Below the pieces are notes generated by a model. The model made no database searches, was not told where the DNA came from, and saw nothing but the letters and a program-made list of their open reading frames with translations. Positions 38,439-50,557 of a DNA stretch of 64,000 nucleotides are shown in pieces (position 1 is the first letter of the stretch; the number at the start of each line of letters is the position of its first letter). The stretch spans positions 99,057,830-99,121,829 of the forward strand of contig NC_068987.1 of NCBI RefSeq assembly GCF_001194135.2, written 5' to 3'. The stretch comes from Octopus bimaculoides (Eukaryota). The translations under genes were made by a program, and so were the position numbers.

Positions 38439-39436
38439 ATGGCTGAAACGAAGGAACAGCGTGCTTCCGTAAAATTCCTTTTTTCTGCTGATGAAAAACG
38501 GCCGTCGAAAGAGTTGACATTCTTCGACAGCTTACAAGGACGCTACCATGAGAAAAACAAGTTTACGTGTGTTTTTTGCACTTTAGGGAATGGTCACTTG
38601 TCATTTGAAGACCAACGTCATTCAAGCGATCGTCGACTCCACGAACAAATGAAAACAACACGAAAATGTTTGAGCTGATCTTGGAGAACAGTTAACTAAT
38701 TGTTGTTATGACTGGTGTATGCTGGAACTCTTCCCAACGAAGTTTGAGTGAGGGATTGCGAATAAAAAGTTTTGCAGCAAAATTTGTGCCTCACTTTCTA
38801 ACGGAAGATCAAAAGCAGTCACGGCTGAATGTGTATCGCCAGCTGTAAGATCAGTTGGAAGTTGATCCGAACCTTTAAGTGGTGATTACTGCTTAAATCG
38901 TTAATAATTCTGACAACGATGAGGAAACAAAACAGCAATCAAGTTAATGGAAGCATTCACTTACACCACGCCTCCCCACAAAAGCGCGTCATGTGAAGTC
39001 CAATATCAGGATGACGATGACTTGTTTCATCGATGCAAAAGGAATTGTCCACAAAGAATTATTTCCTCCGGGTCAAACTGCTAACCAAACATTTTACTTC
39101 GCAGTTCTGAAGCGTTCGTGGGACGCGGAGAGACGAAAATGCCCCGACCAGTGGAAACGTGTAGAGTGCTGGTTCCATCATAATAATGCGCCTGCGCACA
39201 CCGCCCAAAGTATGAGAGGGCTTTTGCAAATGTGGAAGAAATGAAGAAAAAAAATCGACGGTGGTGATAAAATGCATTATTTTCGAAGACTTCCAGGACT
39301 GCTTCGAATCGTGGAAAACGTGTATCGACCGATGCATTTCTTGAGAATACTTAGAAGTCGATAAAAGCGTAACCCTATAAAAGAAAGTGAATGAAATGAT
39401 ATTGCAAAATTCGTGTTTCTTTTGGATACATCCTCA
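38439..39436 (+). mobile_element. Decayed mariner transposon (ATG to right TIR)
   Basis: MAETKEQRASVKF... HTH region; ETKQQSS*WK; MTCFIDAKGIVHKELFPPGQTANQTFYFAVLKR...WFHHNNAPAH. The PPYSPDL segment is deleted. Ends ...TTTTTGGATACATCCTCA|TA. Confidence 0.88.
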
Positions 39437-39577
39437 TATATATTAAATATCATTTTATAGATAAATCGTGGCAGATGAGATTCGTCTGTCAAAGGCGCCG
39501 AAACCCCCATATCACGTGATCTCATTCTATTGGAAATCATGTTTACGATGAATCCGCTCACTGCATATCAGTCAAAT

Positions 39578-39866
39578 CTCGCTGCTACGATATATAGAAT
39601 ATCAGAATCTTTCCAGCATGGATGTCACTAATAGCTAGCAGGCTTATTAAAAATTAATTATTTGAGGTGGAAGCAGTATTAATATCAAAAGTCTAATAAT
39701 GCAGAGTTCGTTGTTCTAACAAGACGTACTTTTAAGTTGGATATAAAGATTACCTTTTGGTAAATTATTACTGCTTCAATCGTTAATAATTTTTAATAAG
39801 CCTGCGGGCTATTTGCTACAAGAATGTCAGAAAAGATATTGATATTCTATATAGTGTAGGAGCTAG
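39578..39866. repeat. Imperfect inverted repeat (~105-bp arms, ~80-bp spacer), MITE-like
   Basis: 39578-39683 is the reverse complement of 39764-39866. Shared blocks: TATATAGAATATCA, GCAGGCTTATTAAAAATTA, GAAGCAGTA.TAAT. Confidence 0.75.
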
Positions 39867-40085
39867 TTTTCGCTTGTAGAGGTAACAGGACGCCTCCCAC
39901 TGAGGATTTCTAGTGGAATGAACTCAAGTGATAGAAGCGTTCTGGCGCCTATGACAGATGATTCTGGGTTTCTCCAATCTATATACTATGTGTGTGCTTT
40001 TAGACCCCAAAGGCCTATACGAGGGCGTCTCTCAAGTCCAATAACGCAGTATTCGGTGTTCTATCCCGATACCCACTTTTAGCTA

Positions 40086-40125
<40 letters not shown>

Positions 40126-40185
40126 CACACAAACACACACTCATACATACATGTGTGTGTGTGTGTGCATGTATGTATGTGTATA

Positions 40186-40229
<44 letters not shown>

Positions 40230-40846
40230 ATTTAAAATGCAGAGATGCCTATAATAGGACATCTACTCGCTAGAAATAGCAGCAATAGACATAGGAACAC
40301 GAACCATGCTGCTTATTGACTCGTGCTTCATATGTTGTCTGGTCATTTCTGCTGACGAAAGTCCGACCTTGTAAGATATNNNNNNNNNNNNNNNNNNNNN
40401 NNNNNNNNNNNNNNNNNNNNNNNNNNNNNNNNNNNNNNNNNNNNNNNNNNNNNNNNNNNNNNNNNNNNNNNNNNNNNNNNNNNNNNNNNNNNNNNNNNNN
40501 NNNNNNNNNNNNNNNNNNNNNNNNNNNNNNNNNNNNNNNNNNNNNNNNNNNNNNNNNNNNNNNNNNNNNNNNNNNNNNNNNNNNNNNNNNNNNNNNNNNN
40601 NNNNNNNNNNNNNNNNNNNNNNNNNNNNNNNNNNNNNNNNNNNNNNNNNNNNNNNNNNNNNNNNNNNNNNNNNNNNNNNNNNNNNNNNNNNNNNNNNNNN
40701 NNNNNNNNNNNNNNNNNNNNNNNNNNNNNNNNNNNNNNNNNNNNNNNNNNNNNNNNNNNNNNNNNNNNNNNNNNNNNNNNNNNNNNNNNNNNNNNNNNNN
40801 NNNNNNNNNNNNNNNNNNNNNNNNNNNNNNNNNNNNNNNNNNNNNN

Positions 40847-40877
<31 letters not shown>

Positions 40878-41224
40878 CAAATGCAGACCCACATATATAT
40901 TTATATATACACAGTATATTTCTTTTGTTATTGGGGGTATCAACAAAATTTAGTCTTGTAACTGTGGAATATATATATTTAGTATATGCAATATTTAAAT
41001 AAATGCTGCAATAGGTTTCATGCGTCGGATAATACAATGATCGGATGACCTGATAATGCATGCCATGTGTTATCGAGCAATCATTTGGTTTGAACATACA
41101 ATATAGCTGCTATTTGAGAAAAAATGAGAAAGCACAGAACGAATGAGGGTGAAAAAGTAGATGAAAATGGAGATCAGAAAAGAATGCAAGCAATTGGAAA
41201 AGTTTCTGCAGTAGAACTAGAAAA

Positions 41225-41485
41225 TACCACCCTACCTACATTAAGCAGGTTGCACAACCTGTAACTTTCCCGTTGAATTAATTACAACAAACATTGTAAT
41301 GGGTCAAAGGGAAACAACTGTTAACATTCTGACGTCTGTCTTCTCGCTTTCACTTCTCTCGAAAATAACTGCAGCAACGTAAAATAAAGTGTCTTGCTCA
41401 AGGACTCGAGTTGTTCCCGGGAATCGAACTCACGACCTTGCGATCCTGAACCGAATGCCTTAAGAACAAAGCTACGCGCCTGCAG
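41225..41485 (-). mobile_element. tRNA-headed SINE (CORE-like centre)
   Basis: Minus-strand head TGCAGGCGCGTAGC..., B-box GAGTTCGATTCCC, core GTCCTTGAGCAAGACACTTTATTTTACGTTGCT. Confidence 0.75.
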
Positions 41486-41628
41486 AATGAAAATACATAC
41501 ACATGAATATAATATTTATATAGTTGGTACCCGAGCAACGCCATGTGCCTGTGCCAGAATATACGCAAGCTCATATATTCATACACACATATACACATAC
41601 ACATAATTATGTAATACACATACTTATG

Positions 41629-41670
<42 letters not shown>

Positions 41671-42266
41671 NNNNNNNNNNTGTGTATGCAAATATGCCAG
41701 TATTTAGGTTTAAATTATGTTTAGAAATGTGTAGTCTATAATTTGTGAAGGAGAAGTATTCGGATGGAAGGACTGAGAATACGGAAGACTGACAAGAAAT
41801 AAATTATGGCGTCACTGAATACTTGGATCCTGAAAGCTGTCAACTTGAATAAAAGTTTCTGAGGATTAGTAATATAGACTCACACTCATACATCCGCATA
41901 CAGTCATACGCAAACAATACACAAACACACACATAAACACACACACTCACATCGATATTAAAGCTCACATATATGCATATATACATATAAGCGTATAAAT
42001 ATGTATATATGCACTCATACTTAAACGCGTAACTATATATTAATTCAAAAGCATAATCTCAAGTTCGCAATCACATGAATGCGTATATACACGCACACTT
42101 AGGGTTTTACACGTACACACCGAAATACACTATATTCTGAATAAGCATTTTTTTGTGTTTGTATATATAAGTATCGCATTTCAAGACACATACCTAATGT
42201 GTCCCTTCGTATCACATATGTAGAATGTGCTCACTTCTATGAAAACGATCGTATATGTGTGACATT

Positions 42267-42611
42267 GTGGAGGCGCAATGGCCCAGTGCTTAGGGCAGCG
42301 GACTCACAGTCGTAGGATTGTAGTTTCGATTCTCAGACCGGGCGTTGTGAGTGTTTATTGAGCGAAAACACCTCATGTCCCACGTGGCTCCGGCAGGGGA
42401 TGGTAGCGAACCATGCTATATTCTTTCACCACAACTTCCTCTCACTCTTTCTTCCTGTTTCTGTTGTGCCTGTATTTCAAAGGCCACTCTGTATCACGCT
42501 CATTCTCCCCGAGAACTACGTTAAGGGTAAACGTGTCTAAATTTCACGACCAGGCTGTTCCGTTGATCGGACCAGCTGGAACCCTCGTCGTCGTAAGCCT
42601 TGGAGTGCCAA
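42267..42611 (+). mobile_element. tRNA-headed SINE family C
   Basis: A-box-like TGGCCCAGTGCTTAG, B-box-like GTTTCGATTC. Body homologous to 25061-25370. Confidence 0.85.
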
Positions 42612-44223
42612 TCACGTGCATAATATTACGGTCTCCTTTTATTCTTTTATATGTTTAAGCCTTGAGGCTGCGGCCATGCCGAGGCACCACCAATATTTAC
42701 TAATATATATTGTGCTTTAAATAAAAATTATATAGAAGCATATATAACCTGCACCACATACAAAATTCATTATTGTGCGTTACTTTTAGCCGTGAGCATT
42801 TAGAGATGCTCCACTGTGCAGAGAACTAATACGTAAGGACAAGCGGATAGGTGTTATTTGACAGACGCTTGACTGCTATTTCTATCAAACCAAGAGCCTA
42901 CTTAACGGTTGGAATGCATCAGTCCATGCGGATGGATGCAGAATGACACGAATGGACAGTGTGATAAAATGCATCGCTGTATTTATTTTGAAATTCCGCA
43001 CGATGATTTAAAATCTCGTGCAGTTACCTTTCCGTTTCATGATTATGCTCTTGACAGCTATAGTATCAATCCAAGTTTATGAATTGGCAGAATGTTGCAA
43101 CAATGCCTTGTGGTATCAGTACTAGATGTTCGTCTTCCAGCGTTAGTAAAGCCGTGTCAACGATGAAACTAATATCGTACTGACTGTCACTTTGAAGATT
43201 ATTACACGCTTAGCGAGGGGAGACTTGCGTGCACAATCAACTGATAACCTTCCTTAAGAAATCTTTCCAATGTCTTGCCAAACATGTGAAGTTGTGTGGT
43301 CAACCTTCATTAAAGAAAACTTTCTATGCATCTATAGCCAGTACGAGATCTCAGATTGAGGTGCATTTTGCAACGATAAAACAAAGCAGAAAGCAAAGAA
43401 TTAAGGAACATGTGACCGCGAAACACATATGAATCCGTAAAATTTACGTAGAGTAAGGTTGCACACAGTCAACTACACGGAAGTACAATACGATTGTCTA
43501 TATATAAAGCATATAATAACTTCAAACACAATAAGTTTACATCAATAAATATACAACTTTATTCTAAATTCTAAAAAGACAATTCTAATTTGAGGAAATG
43601 CATTAGAACAGCGAAATTCTACTCTTGTAAACACCTGACAGGAAGGAAATAAAAACACAACTGATTGCTGACAAAACAAACTTAGAAATGAGGTGGAAAC
43701 AATAACAACACTTAATAGAAACAATAACAATGTTGAAGAAGATAACAAAGCAACATTGACGAATAAACATAAACGCAGGTACTTGCCTATGCTACAAATG
43801 AACAATAGATAAGCACATCTACAGAAAAATATATCCATATAATAGGGCCCCGAAAGAAATTATACTTACGGCAACAAACTACTTGCATATTGACATACTG
43901 AATATATTTAGTGGGATTATAGTATCGAAGGAATTGGGGCTAATGCCGATGACATTCATCATGTCAGTCCTGCAGTGATTCAATCTAGAAAAGTAACAAA
44001 AAAAAAGAACATATTTCTCCACACTATTCTAGCTTTTGAATTATGTATATCTCCCCGTCCTACAGAAAGATGAAAAATTATCTCCCTTGTCGACATTAAT
44101 AATGATCAACAATTAGCTCCCCTTAGCTTTTTCTAGCTGTTCAATCATTCATTTATAAACTCCACACACAACATAGACAAAAATGTTTTTCTTAAGAAAA
44201 TACGAAACTAAAATGAGTTAAAA

Positions 44224-44254
44224 GTCATGATGAGCGAAAGCGAAACCGGTCGAC
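44224..44254 (+). ncRNA. Minimal PLE-type hammerhead motif with mutated core (C3 to A)
   Basis: GTC-ATGATGA-GC-GAAA-GC-GAAA-CCG-GTC-GAC: 2-bp stem II with GAAA loop, palindromic ACCGGT stem III, GUC triplet, GUC/GAC stem I. Confidence 0.5.
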
Positions 44255-44439
44255 AAACAATATAAAACATATATTAAAACTGTGTAAAGTCTATGCATTT
44301 TCCTTCCTTAATTTTCTGATATATATATATGCAGCTTCGAGTGCAGGTCTCTGGACCTTGTATGTGTAATGTTTCGATTTGGATTGTTTGTTTTTTTTAT
44401 TCCACATTTTCTGTTGTATTTACGAGTAACAATCTCGAA

Positions 44440-44640
44440 ATGCCGTAAGTTAGCACGTTGGTACAGTTTTCAGTTCGCCGGATTAAATGCTTAGCGAGTC
44501 CAAATTCCACCGACGTCGACTTTACCTTTCATTCGTTCGGGGTCTATGAAATAAGTACCAGTGAAATACTGAGGTCAATGAAATCGAATAATGCCATCCT
44601 GCTAAAAGCTCCAAGCCTTGTGCCTAGATAAGAAAGATTT
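44440..44640 (+). mobile_element. SINE family A, tail type 2
   Basis: Core GTCGACTTTACCTTTCATTCGTTCGGGGTC.ATGAAATAAGTACCAG; tail GCCTTGTGCCTAGATAAGAAAGATT. Confidence 0.8.
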
Positions 44641-45349
44641 ATTACTCTAGGTTATATTTTTCAACTCCCATATCAGGCTATGGAAATATATGTTAAGGTT
44701 ATCTCTACAGAATTTCTATAGAAATTGTACTTTGTTGTATATTATTATGACTCATACTGTGTAGCATAACGAAATACGGTGCCCCTACAGATATTTAGAT
44801 ATCTATTTCATTTAGATATATATTGTCTCTTGGAATCCGGAAAATAATCACGCACTAATTATTTTGCTTGTCTTTGTTGCAATAAGATGAGGGCGTTTTT
44901 CATTAATGTCGCTTACTGTATGAAATAGAGATGCTTCAGAGGAATGGTTCCGTTAGCATATTCTAAGAATATTTTATCTTGATACCATTTGTTTTTATGT
45001 TATTGCTGTTTTTGTTTATGGTGATGGTGCGTAGCTCAAATGCTTTTCTGCCGTATCCAACGCACGTGGAAAATGTTTCGTGTCATTTCTTCCGGGTTAC
45101 ATCTACTTTTTATTCTTTCTGGATCGATAGCACAAAGTGTCAGCCAAATACTTCCGTCGATGTAATATACTAACCCCTTCTCCTCAAATCATTCGTTTTG
45201 CTTAAAAAATTGGGGCACTTTATTATTACTAGTGTTAGTTGCATTTCATCACTTGCTCTCAGTACCACAAGTTGATAACAGTAAAGTTAACTTCTCGAAT
45301 CATACCGACTCATAATGGCCGGTTTCTGGTTTCATGGCGCATATATATA

Positions 45350-45351
<2 letters not shown>

Positions 45352-45444
<93 letters not shown>
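45352..45444. repeat. (CT)n microsatellite
   Basis: Direct reading. Confidence 0.97.
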
Positions 45445-45448
<4 letters not shown>

Positions 45449-45467
45449 ATATATATATATATATATA

Positions 45468-45620
45468 TACGCCCTCCTGGACAGGGCGCCTCCTGGACTG
45501 GAGCAACGTGAAAAGAAGTGTTTTCCTCAAGAGCACAACACGCCGCCAAGTCCAATAGTCGAAAACACAATCGCACAATCATGAATCCAATACTCTAACA
45601 ACTAAGCCAGGCGCCTGCAC
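45468..45620 (-). mobile_element. tRNA-headed SINE 5' half (related to the 41225 copy)
   Basis: Minus-strand head GTGCAGGCGCCTGGCTTAGTTGTTAG; core CTTGAGGAAAACACTT...CACGTTGCTCCAGTCCA. Confidence 0.72.
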
Positions 45621-45649
45621 ACAAGCTGATAATGATTTTGTGAAATGAA

Positions 45650-46560
45650 ATCAATTTTTGCTGCAGGTTCAATGATTCAAGCATTTATTATATTTCTGCA
45701 GTATATACTTACAATAAATGTTTATTGAGGTAGTACGTCAATAAATATCCTACTAAATACTTCAAACATTTCTTCTTTTAGACTTTGCAATACAGACCCT
45801 ATAAATTTCACTATACCTTTGATTTATTTTATCAAATCTAACATGAATTGTTACCATTTGATAAACATTTTCCTGCTTATCGAGGAACTGTGCTATGCAG
45901 TTTCGATACATTTTATACAAAACAAGATGCATTGTGGCCGATTTCACTTGTCGCTTATACCTCTGCCAAATTTTCAGGAGCAATCTTCATTTGGCAATCA
46001 CATTGGTTTAGTTTTGACATCTAAGAATTTAATGAATTGCAGCACAGTAAATCGAATGCAGCAATACCCACCGGCTTCTGTTTTGAATCAAGATGGTACA
46101 ATTTGGAGGCGGAAAGGCTACTTGAACATCATCTGTCAGTTGAAATGCATTAGCTTAGTGTCTTACAGCATTGCTTCTCAAGAAGCAATAATATATTTTA
46201 ATGATTTTTATCCTAGCAATAATCTTTGACATTTGGACAGAAACACGAATTAAATCAATTTTGAAACACAGTTCTAGCGATCCACATATATTCACATGAT
46301 CACCGTTTTACGAGAACGTGAAAATAAGCGAATCCATTCATAGCTACTGGAATCTCAGAATGATAAGGAGCCTCTCGTTTTAGCCTTCGATACTTTGGAA
46401 GAATACCACAAAGTATGGAAGTCATACAATTTTGTAAGATCCTCAAGAACACATGCTGAGTTTTTGTTTTTTTCGAAATGCAAGTTGGTTTTCACATTTA
46501 TTCCCAAAAAAGCGTGTCTTATCTGTACTAAAACAATTCCGCCGTTACATGATAATGCTT
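45650..46560 (-). mobile_element. pogo/Tigger transposase DDE-domain remnant
   Basis: STDKTRFF (46529-46506, cf. NADETGLF), EG*NERLLII (cf. GSEKLKPLVI), VQVAFPPPNCTILIQ (46121-46090, cf. VxFLPPNTTSxIQPxD). Confidence 0.75.
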
Positions 46561-46589
46561 TTTCGTAATGATGGGAAAGTAGTTGTTGA

Positions 46590-46760
46590 TTGCCAGTGTG
46601 GAACTTGCAGATCTACTGATTCTCTTGTGTGTGAAGAAATTCTGAGATGTTCATGAAACGCCCAAACCAATCTCGATTTCTGATCTCAAATTTTCATCTT
46701 AGACGTAAAACGTCGTCCTTTAGTTAACTCATCAAATATACATGACAATTTTATTTGAGT
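46590..46760 (-). mobile_element. Mariner transposase C-terminal remnant
   Basis: KGRRFTS...DWFGR (cf. LKGRRFxSxxEV...W). Confidence 0.45.
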
Positions 46761-47049
46761 GACATCTAGCATACAAGGTGTATCTTTCGATCTTTTAAGC
46801 TGGTACTATAGCTATTTCATTTTGTGAAAGCTAAACGCACTAAAATTTGAGAGCAAGCTTTAAGTGTTCTGACCTTTTTTCGAAACATTCTGACATATTT
46901 GGATTGTAGATCGAGAACATTTTTATGTAGCTGAGAGAACATAGACGATATCGGTGAACACAACGTTTAGCTACGAAACTTGTAATGTTCCCTTTCTAGT
47001 GATTATCATTTCAAAACCAAAAGTAACAAAACCTGACTAGTCTTGTGTA

Positions 47050-47690
47050 AGATAGACTTAATAACAGTTCGTCATTCAGTCGCTCCGCTTACTACTTTTA
47101 TTGGTTTGATTGCCAAAATTTATAATTTTCATTTAATAACATGTCTAAATTGTCTGAGGGAATGCAACTTGTTACTGGATATACGGGAAAGAAATATTTT
47201 ACGTTCAACATCTCTAAGATCAAATAAACGCTGCTGCAGAAAGATGGGCTACATAAACAGGAATAAGCTATATACACCGGTGCAGTCCTGGGTCTGCAAT
47301 CTAAAACAGTGGAACAATTCGTAAAACGGTTGGAGAAAGACAAAAGCTTATGCTCAAGGTATATCTTCAGTTGCTGCAAAATGAAATTGGAATAGAACCA
47401 AAATATAGAAAGACATTTCAATTGAAGTTCTGGGGAAACGGACTGGGGTAAACTACCTTGTATGCTAGATTCCACTCAAATAGGCAAAATTGGCCTAAGC
47501 GTTTCAAGAATCGTTCTAATTGCTTCATGTACAAGCTCGTCAGCAGTTCTGCAAGTGTCAACATGGCCAGCAGCACCTACTTTCCTATCATTGCTGAAAA
47601 ATATTATCGTCGAAAGATAATACGTAACGCTACGCCGCAAATGCTTTCAGTATTGATGAGACAGGCTTTTTTTTTGTGGCGGTAGGGAAT
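47050..47690 (+). mobile_element. pogo/Tigger transposase N-terminal (CENP-B HTH) remnant
   Basis: NWPKRFKNRSN...SSSASV (from 47488, cf. GWFxRFKxRxN...GEAASAD) and, in another frame, FSIDETG (~47646-47666). Confidence 0.75.
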
Positions 47691-47920
47691 GGGGCTGGGT
47701 GTGAGGGCAGGGGAGTTAAATGTCAAAACGAACTTACGTTATGAATCTGTTTAATACAATACTGCGCTTTAAGTTTTAGTCATCGTTTTATATATTGTTC
47801 ATATTTTAAGCACTGCTGTAACATAATCGCATTTAATCTCTACCGAGCAGAATGGAATTGCATGACGATTTTTCTATATATAGAAAAAACTTGAAAGACT
47901 AATATTGCTGTCCATTGTTC

Positions 47921-47992
<72 letters not shown>

Positions 47993-48025
47993 ACATACAC
48001 TCTCATACATACACATACACATGCG

Positions 48026-48071
<46 letters not shown>

Positions 48072-48399
48072 ATTTTACAAAAGAAAAGAACTAAAGCAGA
48101 CAAAATGGTTATGAAGTGCACAATTTGCTTGTGAAGTGAGAAGTTTGCGAATTTTTATTCCCGTTTTATTTCATGCGAATGTTGTACGAAAGGACGTTAA
48201 GTAAGCAATGCCTGAAGTTGCATTTGTTTTATCGTTTCTTGTATTATTTTGCAGTCTCCTTTATTTCTTGTGAGAGAATTTATAATATTGGTCTGTAATT
48301 GTGTAAGAATTTGTGAAGTGTGAATTATTTCATCCATTCTTGATATGAAATTCAGTTTTCAATAAATAGGCAGACTTCTGATTTAAATCATTCTTGTGC

Positions 48400-48915
48400 A
48401 TTCCTGATTATAATCTTTGATGTATAATGCTTTAAGGCAATATGCAATTTGCTGAGGTCTAGCTGATACATCTAGCACTTCAAACAACAATTGAGAGGAG
48501 GTGTCTTCGTTAAAAAGTTATAATTAAATTTTATTTTGTTTTCTCAGTTTTGGAGTGTTGCAGTACTCAAAACTACCGCAAGTCCACTCGGCACCAATGT
48601 TTGATATCTTTAGAGTACCGCATAAACACTTTTAAGTCGACAAGGGAGCACGAAGGATGTTCTATTGTGGGAAACAGGGACGGCCTGCTGTGGTGAGTGC
48701 GGGAGACAGCACATTTGGCAACATTACTTTGGGGGACCAGTATGTAAGGAATTGCAGAGATGAGGTGGCATGTAATAAGCAGAAGTATTTATGGTAACGT
48801 AGAATATACAGAGAATGGGGTAGCACTACAGTAATGAACGTGCAATTGGCTGAGTATCCCATGGGTACATCTACACGCAACGAAGTTTTTAGATGGTATC
48901 AGCTTCGGAAAATGT
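48400..48915 (+). mobile_element. Candidate Sola-like DDD transposase remnant
   Basis: Ordered degenerate motifs: QFAEV (cf. DFAQQ), FGVLQYSKLPQVH (48549-87, cf. FGVCCEGxPRQVN), GKQGRPAVVS...F...LGDQ (cf. GKGANAVIS...F...LGE), NKQKYLW (cf. QNKNxYM), YPMG (cf. FLIVGHT). Consensus recalled from memory. Confidence 0.5.
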
Positions 48916-49169
48916 AATTATTCAGGAATTTTGAGTTGCAGAAAGCATGAATAGAATGTCAATGGGAGAAGAAAATTAGTTGTAGTACCAGAAATTTGCT
49001 GCAGCTATCTACACCAAAAGGATAAAAGCAGAGTTTACCACAACGGTTTTTGAACTAAGAGCGCAGTGATTCTCAACGAATAATTCAAGGCATTTGCGAT
49101 TTTGTTAATATAACACGCCCCCTTGCGTATAATGTAATATATGTATTTCTTTATTACCCTCATGTGGTA

Positions 49170-49762
49170 AACATAGAGGGGACAAACAAGGATAAAAGGA
49201 ATTAAGTCAATTAAATCGACCTCAGTGCGTAACTGGTACTTATTTAATCGACCCCGAAAGGATGAAAGTTAAAGTCAACCTCAGCGGAATTTGAACTCAG
49301 AACGTAATAGAACACAAACTACCGCTAACGTTTCTGCCAGCTCGCCGCCGTTTATAATCTTTTCTACTCTAGGCACACGGCGCGAAATGTTTTTGGAGAG
49401 GGGATCAGCTAGTACTTAATTTTTGGACCCCAAAAGGATGAAAGGCAAAGTCGACCTCAGCGGAATTTGAGCTCACAACGTAAAGTGAGGCGAAATACCG
49501 CTAAACATTTAACCCAACGGGCTAAAATTTCTTATTTCTTCATTGCCCACAAGGGGCTAAACACAGAGGGGACAAACAAAGACAGACAAAGGGGTGAAGT
49601 CGATTACATCGACCCCAGTGCGTAACTGGTACCTAATTTATCGACTCCGAAAGGATGAAAAGCAAAGTCGACCTTGGCGGAATTTGAACTCAGAGCGTAA
49701 CGGCAGACGAAATAACGCTAAGCATTTCGTCTTGCGGGCTAACGTTTCTGCCAGCTCGCCGT
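49170..49762 (-). mobile_element. Head-to-tail trimer of SINE family A with mixed tails
   Basis: The core (C)GAAAGGATGAAA..AAAGTC.ACCT occurs three times (~49255, ~49432, ~49648). Confidence 0.88.
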
Positions 49763-50557
49763 AATATGTAAAATATTAGCAACATAATTTTCTATTTTAC
49801 TGTACTTAAAATTGTATGGCATCCTTTGGAGTCTTTTGTATTTCACATGTTCGTTTATATATCTCATTCAGTTAATAGTTCGTAGAATTCGTATTTCAAT
49901 GCAGAAAACACTTAACGTTCTTTAGTTTAGTCCCTTTAAGCAATGAATTCAGAATTTACTGCTACCAATTGATTTTCGTCTTTCCATCGCTAATGAGATA
50001 AATAATTACAAGTTAAGCACTCAGATCGATAAAATCGGCTATATCCTTTCCCAAAATATATGTACCTTTGTGACAAACTTGCAATTCATTATTGCTATTG
50101 TATTTATTTTCTTACGATTTATTTCAATTAAGAATTTCGATTAAAATTTAAATTTTGCGGTATAAAAAAGAGTATTATTGCACAAGTGCAATAATAGATG
50201 TCTCCCAAATAATTAAGAAAGGACATTTGTTAATATTGTCGGAGCAAACTTTCAGCGATTGCCAATCTTTAGCTCAAGCTAAAACGATTTTTGAGTGAAT
50301 TGAAGAAACAATGTTAATATATTCATTTCTGAAAGGCAACTCGCGCTAAAAGTACACTGTATGAATATGGTTAATAATCAAGAGCGTAGTACAAAGTTTA
50401 ATTTGTTTGTGCTTAAGGACCTATATTTTAAACATTCCATTGTAAGCTGTTTCTTTTAGAATATTTTGACTAAAAAAAACCCCAAAAATATTTATATATA
50501 ATATTCAAGCAGAGAACGAGAGAAACCTATTTCCCTTCTGTGCATGTAAAGTTGTCA

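Noticed and set aside
38488-38515. CTGATGA...CGAAA hammerhead-like string
   Set aside because: It lies inside mariner coding sequence, with no loop for stem II and no stem I or III pairing.
42267-42345. tRNA-like heads of SINEs as tRNA genes
   Set aside because: No complete cloverleaf or acceptor stem; each continues into a repeated SINE body.
43170-43432. ~90-codon stop-free frame
   Set aside because: Only vague similarity to retroelement proteins; cannot be assigned.
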